DNA of 64,000 bases from Gammaproteobacteria bacterium (GCA_965223085.1 OZ244981.1:28397-92396), one strand, 5' to 3'. Shown: positions 37,090-49,517, numbered from the stretch's first letter. The notes: a model not told the origin generated them from the sequence alone. Numbers and translations are program-made.

Positions 37090-38490
37090 CTAGCGCGCGC
37101 CCTTGCCCCATAAGATCACCTGGATAGTCTGCAAAATAATGTTCACGTCGAGGAACACGCTATAGTTTTTCAGATAATACAGGTCGTATTGAAGTTTCTC
37201 CCGCGCGTCTTTGATCGACGCACCGTACGGGTAAGATACCTGCGCCCAACCCGTGATCCCGGGTTTTACATGATGCCGCAGATCGTAGTAGGGGATGATA
37301 TTGGACAATTCCGCCACGAACTCGGGCCGTTCTGGGCGTGGCCCCACGAAACTCATGTCGCCGTTGAGCACGTTGAATAGCTGCGGTAACTCATCGATCC
37401 GAGTCTTGCGAACGAAATGGCCGACTCGGGTAATACGGCTGTCGTCGGTGGTCGCCCACACTGCGCGACCGTCACCCTCGGCATCTTGATACATGCTGCG
37501 AAACTTGTACAAAGTGAATGGTTTGCCGCGATGCCCAACCCGCGTCTGGCGGTAAAGAACCGGGCGACCACTCTCAAGAAGGATCAGCAGCGCAATTACC
37601 GCCGCCACCGGCAGGCTTACTACTAACAAGATCACTGCCAGAATGATGTCTAGCACGCGTTTTTCAGTGCGCTTGAGCACCGCTTGCGTAAAACCGTCGG
37701 AAAAAATCACCGTGCTGGGGCGCATCGCATCGAGGCGAATTTTACCGAGCTGGCGCTCGAAGAACTCCGCATCTTCTAGAATGCGAATGCCGCGCATTTT
37801 GCAGTTCATAACGTCGTCGACCGGCAAACCCTTGCGGCGATCCGAAATCGCGATCACGAGTTCGTCGGCGGCATAGCGCTGCGCTATCTCGTAGAGTGAT
37901 CCTTTGGTACGGATCGTTTTCTCCGCCGAGACCACCGGTGTATCTAGGCCGATATCGACGAATCCGATGAGCGTGATCCCAGAACGGTCAGAGGCGCGAC
38001 GCAAATTCTCGATTTGCTTGGCACGCTCACCGGTACCAAGCACGAGCACACGACGCGTGAAACGAGCGTCGGTGTGTCCGGCGCAAAGCATACGGCAGGT
38101 TGCGATCCCAATGAACGAGCACACGAGCGCAATCGCGAACACGGGCCACCGGACCATCAAGGGCGGGACACTAAAGTAGATGACAGTCATCACGAAAAAC
38201 CCTGACAGAAAGCTCAGGGTCAGACGCAGGATAATCACCGCGGGCGTATCGCGTTGCTCACGCTGATAAAAACCCATCGCGATCATGCCGGCGATAATGG
38301 CACTGGCAAACGCCGCCGCCTTGTGCCACAGGGGCAATGAATCTCCAAGCGGTTCAAGTACAAACGCCGGACTGTCCCAAGCAACCGCAATCACCGCACC
38401 GAGATAGATCGATACTAGCAGTATCAAAATCTCGGCGGCGCCTAACAATAATAATGTTTTTGGTATGTAGTGCCTGAAAATTCTAAGCAT
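37090..38490 (-). CDS. PEP-CTERM system-associated sugar transferase (undecaprenyl-phosphate glycosylphosphotransferase)
   Basis: [10 protein letters not shown] start, [38 protein letters not shown] (TIGR03013-like). Confidence 0.92.
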   Translation of the reverse strand: MLRIFRHYIPKTLLLLGAAEILILLVSIYLGAVIAVAWDSPAFVLEPLGDSLPLWHKAAAFASAIIAGMIAMGFYQREQRDTPAVIILRLTLSFLSGFFVMTVIYFSVPPLMVRWPVFAIALVCSFIGIATCRMLCAGHTDARFTRRVLVLGTGERAKQIENLRRASDRSGITLIGFVDIGLDTPVVSAEKTIRTKGSLYEIAQRYAADELVIAISDRRKGLPVDDVMNCKMRGIRILEDAEFFERQLGKIRLDAMRPSTVIFSDGFTQAVLKRTEKRVLDIILAVILLVVSLPVAAVIALLILLESGRPVLYRQTRVGHRGKPFTLYKFRSMYQDAEGDGRAVWATTDDSRITRVGHFVRKTRIDELPQLFNVLNGDMSFVGPRPERPEFVAELSNIIPYYDLRHHVKPGITGWAQVSYPYGASIKDAREKLQYDLYYLKNYSVFLDVNIILQTIQVILWGKGAR

Positions 38491-38576
38491 CGCCCACCCA
38501 ATGACTGCTGTGGCTCACCCAACCGCTCGCCGCCTCGACATGGCGCTCAAAAGCGCGCTTGGTCGCTGAATGACGC

Positions 38577-38592
38577 GCAACCCTTGTGCCAA
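38577..38592 (-). promoter_or_regulatory. Consensus sigma-54 promoter upstream of sugar transferase-prsK-prsR
   Basis: Minus strand reads TTGGCACAAGGGTTGC, an exact match to TGGCAC-N5-TTGC. Confidence 0.85.
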
Positions 38593-38651
38593 CTAGTGCG
38601 GCGCAGAAAATATCTCGGAAACGGTTTAAAGTCTCATACCTTATAACTAAT

Positions 38652-38664
38652 GATCAGCTACTTG
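38652..38664. promoter_or_regulatory. IHF-like site
   Basis: GATCAGCTACTTG in an AT-rich stretch between promoter and enhancer boxes. Confidence 0.45.
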
Positions 38665-38717
38665 ACTGTTATTTTTCTCACAAAATCTAGCATCTGCCTG
38701 AATTCGCGCCTAGTCCT

Positions 38718-38757
38718 TGTCAGGCGCCGTTGACGAAACTGTCGCTAGCAAGCGACA
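38718..38757. promoter_or_regulatory. Tandem TGTC-N10-GACA boxes (GlrR-type enhancer)
   Basis: TGTCaggcgccgttGACG (38718-38735) and TGTCgctagcaagcGACA (38740-38757), 22 bp apart. Confidence 0.7.
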
Positions 38758-38790
38758 GATCGCGTTGGCGACCGCGCCACCGATCGCCTG

Positions 38791-40926
38791 CTAACCCACG
38801 CCGTATTGCTGTAGCGCCTCGAGCAGCGTCTGCTTTTTGATCGGCTTAGTCAAGTGTGCAGAACATCCGGCTGCCAAACTTTTCGCCATTTCCTCTTTCA
38901 ATGCATGTGCAGTCAAGGCGATGATCGGTGTGGTTTTGCCCGCCGTGGCCGCTTCCAATGCCCGAATCGTTCGAGTCGCCTCGTGGCCATCCATCACCGG
39001 CATCTGCACATCCATCAAAATCAAATCGTAGGCGCCCGAACGAAACTTCGCGACCGCGGCTGCGCCATCTTGTGCTTCATCGACCTCAATGGGCGCACGC
39101 TTGAGGTAGGTTTTGATCAACAGGCGATTATCCGGATTATCTTCGACCAATAATATTCGCTTGCGCTGCGGAGACGTCGTCGGCGATGCGCCGCCCTCCG
39201 CGGCGCTCGTTGCCACCGTTGGCGGTTGACCGCGCTCGAGGGGAAACTCGAATACAAAGCGGCTGCCGTGGCCCGGCTCGCTAGTGACGCTGATATCGCC
39301 ACCCATCAATTCGACCAGCCGTTTAGAAATACTCAAACCGAGACCCGTGCCACCGTATTTTCGCGTCGTCGTCGAATCAACCTGGGTGAAACTATCAAAA
39401 ATAGTTGCCAGCTTTTGTGCCGGTATACCGATCCCGGTATCGCACACGGCGATGCGAATACTGTGTTCGCCGGCGGCACGGGTGACTAAATCGACCCGTA
39501 AGCCAATTTCTCCGCGCTCAGTGAATTTCATCGCATTGCCCAGCAAATTCAATACGATTTGACGCAAGCGGTTGGGATCACCGCGTACCCACGTGGGCAC
39601 ATCGGCTGCGATCTCAGCACCTAACGTGATGCCTTTCTCGGCACATCGTAGCGCATAGATCTGCACCGCTTGGTTGATAAGTTCGGGCAACGCATAGTCG
39701 ATCGACTCGAGCTCCAGTTGGCCGGCTTCAATTTTCGACAAGTCGAGAATGTCGTTGACCAAACTCGACAAAGCTTCACCGGCATTTTTAAACACATCGA
39801 CGTATTTCGCCTGGTCACGCGCCAAGTCCGTTTCCGCTAACAATTCCGCCATGCCGATAATCGCATTCAAAGGTGTGCGGATCTCGTGACTCATGCTCGC
39901 GAGAAAATCAGATTTCACCCGTGACGCTTCTAGCGCTTGGTCGCGGGCTTCCGCGAGTTCTCGCGTTTGCCTTCGCACTTGTTCTTCGATGACGAGATTA
40001 CGTGCGGCCAATTCGCGTGTTTGCAAGTCCTTAGCGCGGGCGAGCGCGATCAGCAGCAACGTCACACCGCTGCCTAAGATAGCCGCGGCACTTAGCAAAG
40101 CTTTGTCGAGATCACGCCACAACAAGCGTTTTTCCGCCACGAGTCGCATCGAGTAACGATCAAAACTGGCGTGCGATTCTCCAGATAGGGTTTTCAATAC
40201 CAACCCGGCGGTCGCGCGCGCGAAGGATTTTTGCATTATCAGGTTGCGGCCGCCCAATCCTTCGGATTCGGAGAAGAGTTGCACGCTCAAGCGCTCATCG
40301 ACCGCCAGCGGTCCCAGTACCGCGGCGGGATCGAGGGCAAAAATCACCACGCCGCGCGCACGTTCACTAGCGTCAGACGCAGCCACACGATGCGCGAGAT
40401 AATAGACCGCCTCGCCCGCCGCTAGCGTAGCGCGCGGCAACATCACCGGTAACGCCGCCGTGGTGGCCAGCACCGCGGGCACATCCGTCGCCGCTCCACC
40501 CGCTTCATCCAACTGCATTTCCGCTGGGAACGGGTCGCGTTGCGGCGCTGCCGTATCCACCAGCAGCAGGCGCTCAGGATTGTCAGGCGTGGCTTGATAC
40601 CACGCGACGTTGACTAAAAATTCGTGACGTGCACGGAGATCGTGAGCCATCGCGGCGAACAAGGAGGCGCTATCGTGCCGCGACGTTGCCAACGTGTTCG
40701 CCAAGAAATGAATCGCGTCATCGGTGATCCTGAATTTGCTGTTGGCTGACTCGTCGAGTGACAGCGATTCCAAGGCGAATTCGCGGTTTGCACTCTGCAA
40801 GGCGCTGCCCCACGCGAGCATCAATAGCGCGGCGAGGAACGCGACGCCGAGCGCTGCCGCGACAACGTAGAACAGGCCTATCGACGATTGGCGCATGAGA
40901 ACTTCATCACTGTCCCCTGCTTCCAT
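38791..40926 (-). CDS. Hybrid sensor histidine kinase (periplasmic sensor-HisKA-HATPase-REC)
   Basis: FLASMSHEIRTPLN, NLLGNAMKFT, DTGIGI, GGTGLGL, receiver ILMDVQMP. Confidence 0.92.
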   Translation of the reverse strand: MEAGDSDEVLMRQSSIGLFYVVAAALGVAFLAALLMLAWGSALQSANREFALESLSLDESANSKFRITDDAIHFLANTLATSRHDSASLFAAMAHDLRARHEFLVNVAWYQATPDNPERLLLVDTAAPQRDPFPAEMQLDEAGGAATDVPAVLATTAALPVMLPRATLAAGEAVYYLAHRVAASDASERARGVVIFALDPAAVLGPLAVDERLSVQLFSESEGLGGRNLIMQKSFARATAGLVLKTLSGESHASFDRYSMRLVAEKRLLWRDLDKALLSAAAILGSGVTLLLIALARAKDLQTRELAARNLVIEEQVRRQTRELAEARDQALEASRVKSDFLASMSHEIRTPLNAIIGMAELLAETDLARDQAKYVDVFKNAGEALSSLVNDILDLSKIEAGQLELESIDYALPELINQAVQIYALRCAEKGITLGAEIAADVPTWVRGDPNRLRQIVLNLLGNAMKFTERGEIGLRVDLVTRAAGEHSIRIAVCDTGIGIPAQKLATIFDSFTQVDSTTTRKYGGTGLGLSISKRLVELMGGDISVTSEPGHGSRFVFEFPLERGQPPTVATSAAEGGASPTTSPQRKRILLVEDNPDNRLLIKTYLKRAPIEVDEAQDGAAAVAKFRSGAYDLILMDVQMPVMDGHEATRTIRALEAATAGKTTPIIALTAHALKEEMAKSLAAGCSAHLTKPIKKQTLLEALQQYGVG

Positions 40927-40943
40927 GCGCGTTGAGACCGCTT

Positions 40944-41249
40944 CTAGTTAAACACCGGCTCAACCCGCGTCAAGTAGTCCGCCAACGCGTCCAGCGCACG
41001 GCGCACCCCAGTATGATCGTTAGCATCAGCGGCTCGTTCGATATCGGCGCCAAGCGTCGTAATTTCGTCAAAGCCATATCCCCCGCCGGCGCCTTTCATG
41101 CTATGACCAATAACTCGGATTTCATCAAAATCTCCGCTCTCTAACAGCTCCCCGAGACGCGTGACATCACGATGACGATTCGCAATAAAACCAGGAATAA
41201 GTGCCTCGATATCGGGATCGACGTGAACGATAATCTTATCCGTGCTCAT
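40944..41249 (-). CDS. Stand-alone Hpt domain protein
   Basis: GHSMKGAGGGYGF. Confidence 0.88.
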   Translation of the reverse strand: MSTDKIIVHVDPDIEALIPGFIANRHRDVTRLGELLESGDFDEIRVIGHSMKGAGGGYGFDEITTLGADIERAADANDHTGVRRALDALADYLTRVEPVFN

Positions 41250-41298
41250 GCACTTCTCCTATCAAAACCGTACTTGCCGGGCCGGCCGCGTGAAAAGT

Positions 41299-42657
41299 CT
41301 ACTGCAAACGAAAATCGCCAGGTTCCAGTCCGTGCGCATTCAAAAGCTTGTAGAATTCAGTCCGATTACGACCCGCCATGCGCGCAGCGCCCGCCACATT
41401 GCCGTTCGCTAAGCGCAATACACTGACTAAATAATTACGTTCGAAATCGTGTTTCGCTTCTTTGAGCGTTTGCATGCGTTCCGGCTCGCCTCGCAAGGCC
41501 TTGCGCGCCATAGTCTCCGAAATCACAGCCCCCTTCGTCAGGGTTGCGCATAACTCGACCGCGTTCATCAATTGACGAATATTACCGGGCCACTGGGCGC
41601 TTTGCAGTAATTCGAACGCCTTGACATCAAAACGCTTGGGACGCGCTTGCATGCGTTCCGCATAGCGCTGCAGAAAATGATCGAGTAGCAACGGAATGTC
41701 TTCTCGCCGCTCATCCAAACTCGGCATGTGCAGGGGCACAACGTTGAGGCGATAATACAAGTCTTCGCGAAACGCGCCATCGCGTACGCGGCTTTCAAGA
41801 TCGTTGTGGGTGGCTGAAATTATTCGCACATTGACGGCGACACTTTGTGTCGCGCCGACCGGTCGAATTTCGAAATCCTGCAACACGCGCAGCAATTTTA
41901 CTTGCAAACCTAAGGGCATATCCCCGATTTCGTCGAGAAACAAAGTGCCGTCATTCGCCGCTTTGAATAAACCGTCGCGTTGCGTTGCGGCGCCGGTAAA
42001 CGCACCCTTCTCGTGCCCGAACAGTTCGGATTCCAATAATTGCTCCGGAATAGCGCCGCAGTTAACGGCGATGAACGGTTGCGCTGCGCGCGGGCTAGCA
42101 GCATGAATCGCGCGCGCGATCACTTCTTTACCCGTGCCGGTCTCGCCGCTGATGAATACCGTAACGTCACCCCGCGCGACTAACTCGGCCTGTTCTAACA
42201 GTTCGGTCATGACCGCACTGCGGTAGATTAATTGCTCCCGAAACGCATTGTCTTGCGTGTCAGGACGTTGGCTAAACCGCAGTTGCGCGGAAATTTCCCG
42301 CAGGAACTCGCCTTTGTCTATGGGCTTCGTCAAAAACGCGGAGGTGCCCAAATGCGTGGCGCGCACGGCGTCCGGTATCTGCGCTTGCCCACTCAACATT
42401 ATCACGGGTAGGAGCGGATTCGAGGCGTGAATATTCGTCAATAGCGCCATACCATCCATGTCGTCCATAACCAGATCGGTAACGACGAGATCGGGTCGTG
42501 CGAGCGCGACTTGTGCGAGTGCAGCTTGACCGCTAGTGGCGCCGACCGTTTTGTAACCCGCGTTGCCCAACCAGGTAGACAGTAATTCGAGCATATCGGG
42601 ATCATCGTCTACGAGCAGCACGCTGGCCGACGGCAACTTATCACTAGGGATCGTCAT
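41299..42657 (-). CDS. glrR: Sigma-54-dependent response regulator, GlrR (QseF)-like
   Basis: MDDMDGMALL...PLLPVI, IPDAVRAT, IPEQLLESELFGH, FERNYL, ARMAGRNRTEFYKLL (GlrR-type HTH). Confidence 0.85.
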   Translation of the reverse strand: MTIPSDKLPSASVLLVDDDPDMLELLSTWLGNAGYKTVGATSGQAALAQVALARPDLVVTDLVMDDMDGMALLTNIHASNPLLPVIMLSGQAQIPDAVRATHLGTSAFLTKPIDKGEFLREISAQLRFSQRPDTQDNAFREQLIYRSAVMTELLEQAELVARGDVTVFISGETGTGKEVIARAIHAASPRAAQPFIAVNCGAIPEQLLESELFGHEKGAFTGAATQRDGLFKAANDGTLFLDEIGDMPLGLQVKLLRVLQDFEIRPVGATQSVAVNVRIISATHNDLESRVRDGAFREDLYYRLNVVPLHMPSLDERREDIPLLLDHFLQRYAERMQARPKRFDVKAFELLQSAQWPGNIRQLMNAVELCATLTKGAVISETMARKALRGEPERMQTLKEAKHDFERNYLVSVLRLANGNVAGAARMAGRNRTEFYKLLNAHGLEPGDFRLQ

Positions 42658-42737
42658 GGGCGCGACGCGCCTCGCGCCGCAGCACGGTGGCTAGACAGGC
42701 GTTGTTTTGTGACGACCTGTGCGTGCCGCATCGTGAG

Positions 42738-44570
42738 CTATTCCACGGTAACGGATTTCGCCAAGTTGCGGGGTTGATCGACATCCGCGCCTTTCAACAC
42801 CGCGACGTGGTAGGCGAAGAGCTGCAAAGGCACCGTGTAGACGATCGGGGCGATTTCGTCCGCGACCGGCGTCATGGGTACGACGACGATTCCGGGGGTC
42901 GAGGTCACAGGGACGCGGGAATCAGCAAAAATCGTCAACTGTCCACCGCGTGCGCGGACTTCTTCGAGATTGGACTTGAGTTTTTCTAGCAATTCGTTGC
43001 TCGGCGCGACGGCGACTACCGGCATATCATCGTCGACCAGCGCAAGCGGTCCATGCTTCAATTCTCCGGCCGGATACGCTTCGGCGTGAATGTATGAGAT
43101 CTCCTTGATTTTGAGCGCGCCCTCCATCGCGACTGGATACATGGAGCCACGCCCCAGGTATAGCGTATGGTGTTTGTTAACGAATGCTTCGGCAAGTTCC
43201 TCCACGGTATCGTTTAGCTCGAGCGCGCTATTGACGCGTCCCGGGACGCTTTCTAGAAGCTTGGTTAATGCCAGCTCTCTTTCTTTGCTCAAACCGTTAC
43301 GGCGGCCGAGCACGAGTACCAGCATCATTAAAGCCACGAGCTGAGTAGTAAACGCTTTCGTCGACGCCACACCAATTTCGGGCCCAGCTCGGGTCATGAG
43401 CACCAACTCAGATTCCCGCGTCAAAGAACTTTCCGGCACGTTGCACACTGCCAGTGTGTGCGCGAACCCCCACTGCTTCGCTTGGCGCAGGGCGGCCAAG
43501 GTATCGGCTGTTTCACCGGACTGAGAAATCGTTACAAACAGCGAACGGGCTTGCACTACGGGCTGCCGATAGCGGAATTCGGATGCTACCTCTACCGAGC
43601 ATGGGATGCCTGCGAGCCCTTCGAACCAATAGCGTGCAACCATGCCGGCATGGTAGCTGGTCCCGCAAGCGACGATCGTCACCGCGACGATGTTATCGAA
43701 TACCGCCGCGGCGTTGTCGCCAAACGTCGCATCACTCACACAAGCTTCGACGATCCGCCCTTCGAGCGTGTCGGCAACGGCGCGCGGTTGCGTGAAAATT
43801 TCCTTGAGCATGAAATGCCGATAGCCGGACTTCTCCGTGGCATCAGCGCTTAGCTTGGACACCGATTCCTGGCGTTCGACGATAGCCCCATCACCGTCGT
43901 AAATCACGATATTCTCACGCGTCAAAACGGCGACGTCGCCATCTTCGAGAAAGATAAAACGTTGTGTGACTGGCAATAATGCAAAAACATCTGAGGCGAT
44001 GAAATTTTCTCCGATGCCGAGTCCGATCACTAAAGGACTGCCACGACGAGCCGTGACGAGACGATCGGGTTCATCTTGAGTTATTACGCCTAAGGCGTAA
44101 GCGCCTTCGAAATCCGCGCTTGCAGTGCGAACCGCGGCGACCAGATCCATACCGGTGCTCAAATAGCGGTGGATTTGATTGAGCCCGACTTCGGTATCTG
44201 TGTCTGAAGAAAACCCGTAACCGGCGGTGATTTGCTCCGCTTTCAACTCGGCGTGATTTTCAATAATCCCATTGTGCACGAGGGCGATTTCGCCGCGGCA
44301 CATATGCGGGTGCGCATTCCGTACACTCGGCACGCCGTGGGTAGCCCAACGGGTGTGCGCGACACCTAAACCGCCATCCAGCGGCGTCTTTGCCAACGCG
44401 GCTTCTAAAGCCGCCACTTTGCCTTGCACGCGTAGGCGGTCGATGCACGCCGCATCGTTGAGCACCGCCATGCCGGCAGAATCATAGCCGCGGTATTCGA
44501 GCCGTTTTAATCCTTCGAGAAGAATGGGCGCCACATGGCGCTGCGCGACTGCGCCGACAATTCCACACAT
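42738..44570 (-). CDS. glmS: Glutamine-fructose-6-phosphate transaminase
   Basis: MCGIVG, LEYRGYDSAG, HTRWATHG, SQSGETADT, DQPRNLAKSVTVE. Confidence 0.98.
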   Translation of the reverse strand: MCGIVGAVAQRHVAPILLEGLKRLEYRGYDSAGMAVLNDAACIDRLRVQGKVAALEAALAKTPLDGGLGVAHTRWATHGVPSVRNAHPHMCRGEIALVHNGIIENHAELKAEQITAGYGFSSDTDTEVGLNQIHRYLSTGMDLVAAVRTASADFEGAYALGVITQDEPDRLVTARRGSPLVIGLGIGENFIASDVFALLPVTQRFIFLEDGDVAVLTRENIVIYDGDGAIVERQESVSKLSADATEKSGYRHFMLKEIFTQPRAVADTLEGRIVEACVSDATFGDNAAAVFDNIVAVTIVACGTSYHAGMVARYWFEGLAGIPCSVEVASEFRYRQPVVQARSLFVTISQSGETADTLAALRQAKQWGFAHTLAVCNVPESSLTRESELVLMTRAGPEIGVASTKAFTTQLVALMMLVLVLGRRNGLSKERELALTKLLESVPGRVNSALELNDTVEELAEAFVNKHHTLYLGRGSMYPVAMEGALKIKEISYIHAEAYPAGELKHGPLALVDDDMPVVAVAPSNELLEKLKSNLEEVRARGGQLTIFADSRVPVTSTPGIVVVPMTPVADEIAPIVYTVPLQLFAYHVAVLKGADVDQPRNLAKSVTVE

Positions 44571-44637
44571 GAATTCATTCCGTCACGTTGCTTAGATTAG
44601 TCTTGGAGCCAGATAGCCTCCTAGCAGTCTATCGGCA

Positions 44638-45120
44638 CTATTCGCTACGGGTTTGACGCATCTGGGCGTGGATCCACCTGCGAGCCACTTGAGATTGGTT
44701 TGGGGTCAGAGAATGTTCCACAAAAATCAAATAATCGCGCGCGTTCTCATTGCCCCCTTTCCAAGCTTGAAATAGCCACGCATAGGCTTTCTGATTGTCC
44801 TGCTCAACGCCTAAGCCCCGTAAATAAAGCACGCCCAAATTCTTTTGTGCATCTGCGTTTCCGCCCCGCGCCGCTTTCGAAAACCATTGTGCAGCGGTGT
44901 CGAATTCCCGCGCGACGCCTGCGCCAAGATAGTAGTGCAGCCCCAGATAATTCTGCGCACGGATGTCACCGGTTCGGGCCTGTGCCTGAAATAAACGCAA
45001 CGCCCGTGCGTAGTCACCAGCTTCAAAAAGCTGCACGGGGTTGTCACCGGCCTCGCTACAAGCACCGAGACCGAGAGTAGCGCTCCCCATTGCCAGCCAA
45101 AACAAAAACCACCGCGGCAT
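44638..45120 (-). CDS. Sel1-repeat lipoprotein
   Basis: LGAC lipobox; AQNYLGLHYYLGAGV and AQKNLGVLYLRGLGV repeats. Confidence 0.8.
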   Translation of the reverse strand: MPRWFLFWLAMGSATLGLGACSEAGDNPVQLFEAGDYARALRLFQAQARTGDIRAQNYLGLHYYLGAGVAREFDTAAQWFSKAARGGNADAQKNLGVLYLRGLGVEQDNQKAYAWLFQAWKGGNENARDYLIFVEHSLTPNQSQVARRWIHAQMRQTRSE

Positions 45121-45172
45121 CGCCTCTACCAGTAAAAAAGGGATCCAGGTTAGGCCCGGGAAACGATCAGTT

Positions 45173-45249
45173 TGGTCGGGGCGGTGAGATTCGAACTCAC
45201 GACCCCCACAACCCCATTGTGGTGCGCTACCAGGCTGCGCTACGCCCCG
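45173..45249 (-). tRNA. tRNA-Pro(GGG)
   Basis: CGGGGCGTAGCGCAGCCTGGTAGCGCA...ATGGGGT...GTTCGAATC...ACCA. Confidence 0.96.
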
Positions 45250-45325
45250 TCGACAAAACTGACTTGCTGACTATTGTGCGTGCTCAAGCGGCGCGACGCC
45301 ACAACCAACGAAGACCCACAGCGCC

Positions 45326-45682
45326 TCAGCGCCGCAAAATATCGAGCACTTCCTCGAGCTCGGTACGCAATTGCCGCACGATCTGCTGGCTCATATTACT
45401 GTCCGCCTTGACTTCGTCACCGGCCAGACGCTGGCGCGCGCCACCGATGGTGAACCCATGTTCGTAGAGCAAGCTGCGGATTTGACGGATGAGGATAACG
45501 TCCTGGCGTTGATAATAGCGTCGATTCCCACGCCGTTTGATGGGTTTTAGTTGGGGAAACTCCTGCTCCCAGTAGCGCAATACATGCGGCTTGACCGCAC
45601 ATAAATCGCTCACTTCGCCGATGGTAAAATACCGCTTACCCGGGATTGCCGGCAAAGACTCGTTATTCGACGCTTCCAGCAT
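45326..45682 (-). CDS. MerR-family transcriptional regulator (conserved ihfA neighbour)
   Basis: [30 protein letters not shown]. Confidence 0.93.
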   Translation of the reverse strand: MLEASNNESLPAIPGKRYFTIGEVSDLCAVKPHVLRYWEQEFPQLKPIKRRGNRRYYQRQDVILIRQIRSLLYEHGFTIGGARQRLAGDEVKADSNMSQQIVRQLRTELEEVLDILRR

Positions 45683-45962
45683 AGGCTTCCACTCTGGCTT
45701 TCAATTTTTGTCCGGGTCGAAAAGTGACGACTCGACGTGCACTTATCGGGATCTCCTCACCTGTTTTAGGATTTCTCCCCGGTCGCTGGTTCTTATCGCG
45801 TAAATCGAAGTTTCCGAATCCGGAAAGCTTGACCTGGTTGCCCTGCTCTAGCGAGGCGCGCACTTCTTCGAAAAACGCCTCGACGAGCTCTTTCGCTTCG
45901 CGCTTGTTGAGCCCCAAGTCCTCGAAAAGCCTCTCGGCCATGTCTGATTTCGTCAATGCCAT
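45663..45962 (-). CDS. ihfA: Integration host factor alpha
   Basis: MALTKSDM...[35 protein letters not shown]. Confidence 0.98.
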   Translation of the reverse strand: MALTKSDMAERLFEDLGLNKREAKELVEAFFEEVRASLEQGNQVKLSGFGNFDLRDKNQRPGRNPKTGEEIPISARRVVTFRPGQKLKARVEAYAGSVE

Positions 45963-45964
45963 TG

Positions 45965-48352
45965 CTAATTCCTCAGCGTTCCCCCCACGCGCAGCGCGAT
46001 CGCATTCAGTACCTCCGCCATGGCATCATCTACTTCAGAATCAGTTAATGTGCTCGATGCGGCCTGAAAAATCAAGCCCAATGATAAGCTTTTTTTGCCT
46101 GAATCAATGCCTTGGCCTCGATACACGTCAAACAACTGAAGGTCCCGTAACAACCCCTTAGCGGCGCCGGACACGGCTTCTTGAACGGCTACCGCAGCCA
46201 CGGATTCGTCTACCACGATGTCGATATCACGACGCACCGAGGGGAAGCGTGACAGGGGTGTGAAGCTGGTCGCCGCCGCGGGCGGTAATGCCTCCAAGTC
46301 GATTTCGAACAACCAAGTTGACTCCGGGAGCTCGAAACTGCGGGCCAAACGCGGATGCAGTAACCCTAGTGTCGCGCAGGTTATTGGGCCGGTGTCGGAG
46401 GCAACCGTCAACGCGGCCGCCTGGCCGGGATGCAAGGCAGGATGGGCGGCAGGCTTAGCCGGCGCCGCCGCGATACCCAGGGCATTCAAGCAACCAACGA
46501 CGAGGTGCTTGAGGTCAAAAAAGTCCAACTCCCGACGATCGCCACCCCAATCCCCGGGCAACACTGCGCCGGTCGCCACCCCGGCTAACACGTGGCGCTG
46601 CTGACCGCCGGCCGCATCGCCGCGGAAAATCCGCCCGATCTCGAAAAGCCGCAAATCGTGCCGCTGACGGTTGCAGTTGTAAGCGAGGGCATCGATGAGG
46701 CCGGGCCACAATGACGGTCGCATGACGGCCATATCGCTGGCGATCGGGTTGCGCAGCACCGGTGCCTGGGTACCCGGGGTGAAAGCAGCGACCTTCTCGG
46801 ACGCAATGAAACTATAAGTGATCGCCTCGTAGAAGCCGTACGCCGTCAATTGCTCGCAGGCCGCACGAGCGCGTGTCAAGGGGCCCGCAACAATGCGCGG
46901 CGTCGGCGCAATGTCGGGCAAGCTGCGCGGGATCTGCCCATAGCCGACGAGGCGTGCGATTTCTTCGATAAGATCGACCTCGGCACGGAGGTCGAAGCGC
47001 CAGGGCGGCGGCGTCACTCGCCACGGTTGGCTCGCCCGCTCGACGCGCAGCCCTAATGACTCGAGAATGGTGCCGCACCGCGACGCCGGAACCGTCACGC
47101 CGAGTAACTCGGCTACCTTGCCGGGATCAAATGCAATCACCGCCCCGGGCGATCCGTGGGCTGCTGCTTGGGTCACGATCGTAGGCCCCGGCCGCCCGCC
47201 GCAAATTTCGAGCAATAGCGCACTAGCGCGCTCGATCGCGCGCCCCTGGCCGGTGCCGTCTACGCCGCGTTCAAAGCGATGGGATGCATCCGTGTGCAGC
47301 CGATGCTGGCGCGCAACGCCCGCTATTTCCACCGGTTCAAAAAAAGCGCTTTCGAGAAAAATGTCTTGCGAGTGCTGCTCGACCCCGCTGGCGAGGCCGC
47401 CCATGATCCCCGCCAGCGCGACCGGACGCTGGTGGTCCGCGATCACTAAGGTTCGTGCATTCAAACCCAGCTCTTCACCGTCGAGCAATTGCAAACGCTC
47501 GTCGGCGTCGGCATAGCGCACGCGGATCCCCCCTTCAAGCGTGCTCAAGTCAAAGGCGTGCAGTGGTTGACCGAGCTCGAGCATCACATAGTTCGTTACA
47601 TCGACGACGGCATTGATCGCGCGCACGCCGGCACGGCGCAGACGCTCCCGCAACCATAGCGGCGTGGGTCGCCCGGCGCAGATGTCACGGATCACCCGCC
47701 CGGCGTAACAAGGACAGGCCTCCGGTGCCAGCAACTCGACGGCGAATGTCTCCTCGTGGTGAGCTGCAATCGGCGCGGGTGTGGGCAAGCTCACTAGCTG
47801 GTCGGTGAGCGCGCCGTATTCGCGCGCGAGTCCCCACAGCGACAAGCAATCACCGCGATTCGGTGTTAAGCCCACTTCGAAGATCGTATCGGGTAATTCA
47901 ATGAGTGTATTTGCGCTCGTCCCAGGGGTCAGATCAGCCGCGAGCTCGACGATCCGATCCGCTTCTTCGCCCAAATCCAGCTCTGCATACGAACACAACA
48001 TGCCGTGCGAGGTGGTACCGCGGAGGTCTCGCGCTGCGATTTCGCGGCCATCGGCCAGCGTCGTGCCGGGTAAGGCTAGCAAACTGAGTAAGCCAGCGCG
48101 CGCATTCGGTGCACCACAGACGACGGTAGCGTTAGCGCCGCTGCCCACATCGACTTCACATACGCGGAGGTTCTGTGCCCGTGGGTGCGAGGCAGCGGTT
48201 TCGATACGGGCGACGACAATGCTGGAGGCTAGCGACGCTAAGGCTTCGACGCGATCGACTTCGAGCCCCGCCATCGTTAGGCGCTCGGCAAACGCCGCTG
48301 ACGATTCGTCTATCGCGACAAACTCTGCCAACCAGTTACGTGAAAACTTCAT
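45965..48352 (-). CDS. pheT: Phenylalanine-tRNA ligase beta subunit
   Basis: [38 protein letters not shown]. Confidence 0.97.
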   Translation of the reverse strand: MKFSRNWLAEFVAIDESSAAFAERLTMAGLEVDRVEALASLASSIVVARIETAASHPRAQNLRVCEVDVGSGANATVVCGAPNARAGLLSLLALPGTTLADGREIAARDLRGTTSHGMLCSYAELDLGEEADRIVELAADLTPGTSANTLIELPDTIFEVGLTPNRGDCLSLWGLAREYGALTDQLVSLPTPAPIAAHHEETFAVELLAPEACPCYAGRVIRDICAGRPTPLWLRERLRRAGVRAINAVVDVTNYVMLELGQPLHAFDLSTLEGGIRVRYADADERLQLLDGEELGLNARTLVIADHQRPVALAGIMGGLASGVEQHSQDIFLESAFFEPVEIAGVARQHRLHTDASHRFERGVDGTGQGRAIERASALLLEICGGRPGPTIVTQAAAHGSPGAVIAFDPGKVAELLGVTVPASRCGTILESLGLRVERASQPWRVTPPPWRFDLRAEVDLIEEIARLVGYGQIPRSLPDIAPTPRIVAGPLTRARAACEQLTAYGFYEAITYSFIASEKVAAFTPGTQAPVLRNPIASDMAVMRPSLWPGLIDALAYNCNRQRHDLRLFEIGRIFRGDAAGGQQRHVLAGVATGAVLPGDWGGDRRELDFFDLKHLVVGCLNALGIAAAPAKPAAHPALHPGQAAALTVASDTGPITCATLGLLHPRLARSFELPESTWLFEIDLEALPPAAATSFTPLSRFPSVRRDIDIVVDESVAAVAVQEAVSGAAKGLLRDLQLFDVYRGQGIDSGKKSLSLGLIFQAASSTLTDSEVDDAMAEVLNAIALRVGGTLRN

Positions 48353-48391
48353 CGCTGGTTCACCTGTCGCAGCTACCCTTGGCCGTCGTGT

Positions 48392-49444
<1,053 letters not shown>

Positions 49445-49452
49445 TCATTGCG

Positions 49453-49490
49453 TGCAAATAAAACGGGGAAAGGTGGTACCTTTCCCCGTT
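49453..49490 (-). terminator. Intrinsic terminator after rplT
   Basis: 12-bp stem AACGGGGAAAGG/CCTTTCCCCGTT followed by a T-rich tail on the minus strand. Confidence 0.75.
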
Positions 49491-49517
49491 CCACGGACGC
49501 GCCTGTTTAACGGCGTA

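Noticed and set aside
44571-44637. glmS ribozyme or regulatory leader
   Set aside because: Only 67 nt with a weak hairpin, too short for the ribozyme
45173-45249. Genomic island integrated at tRNA-Pro (or at tRNA-Val/Asn)
   Set aside because: No integrase and no duplicated tRNA 3' end noticed
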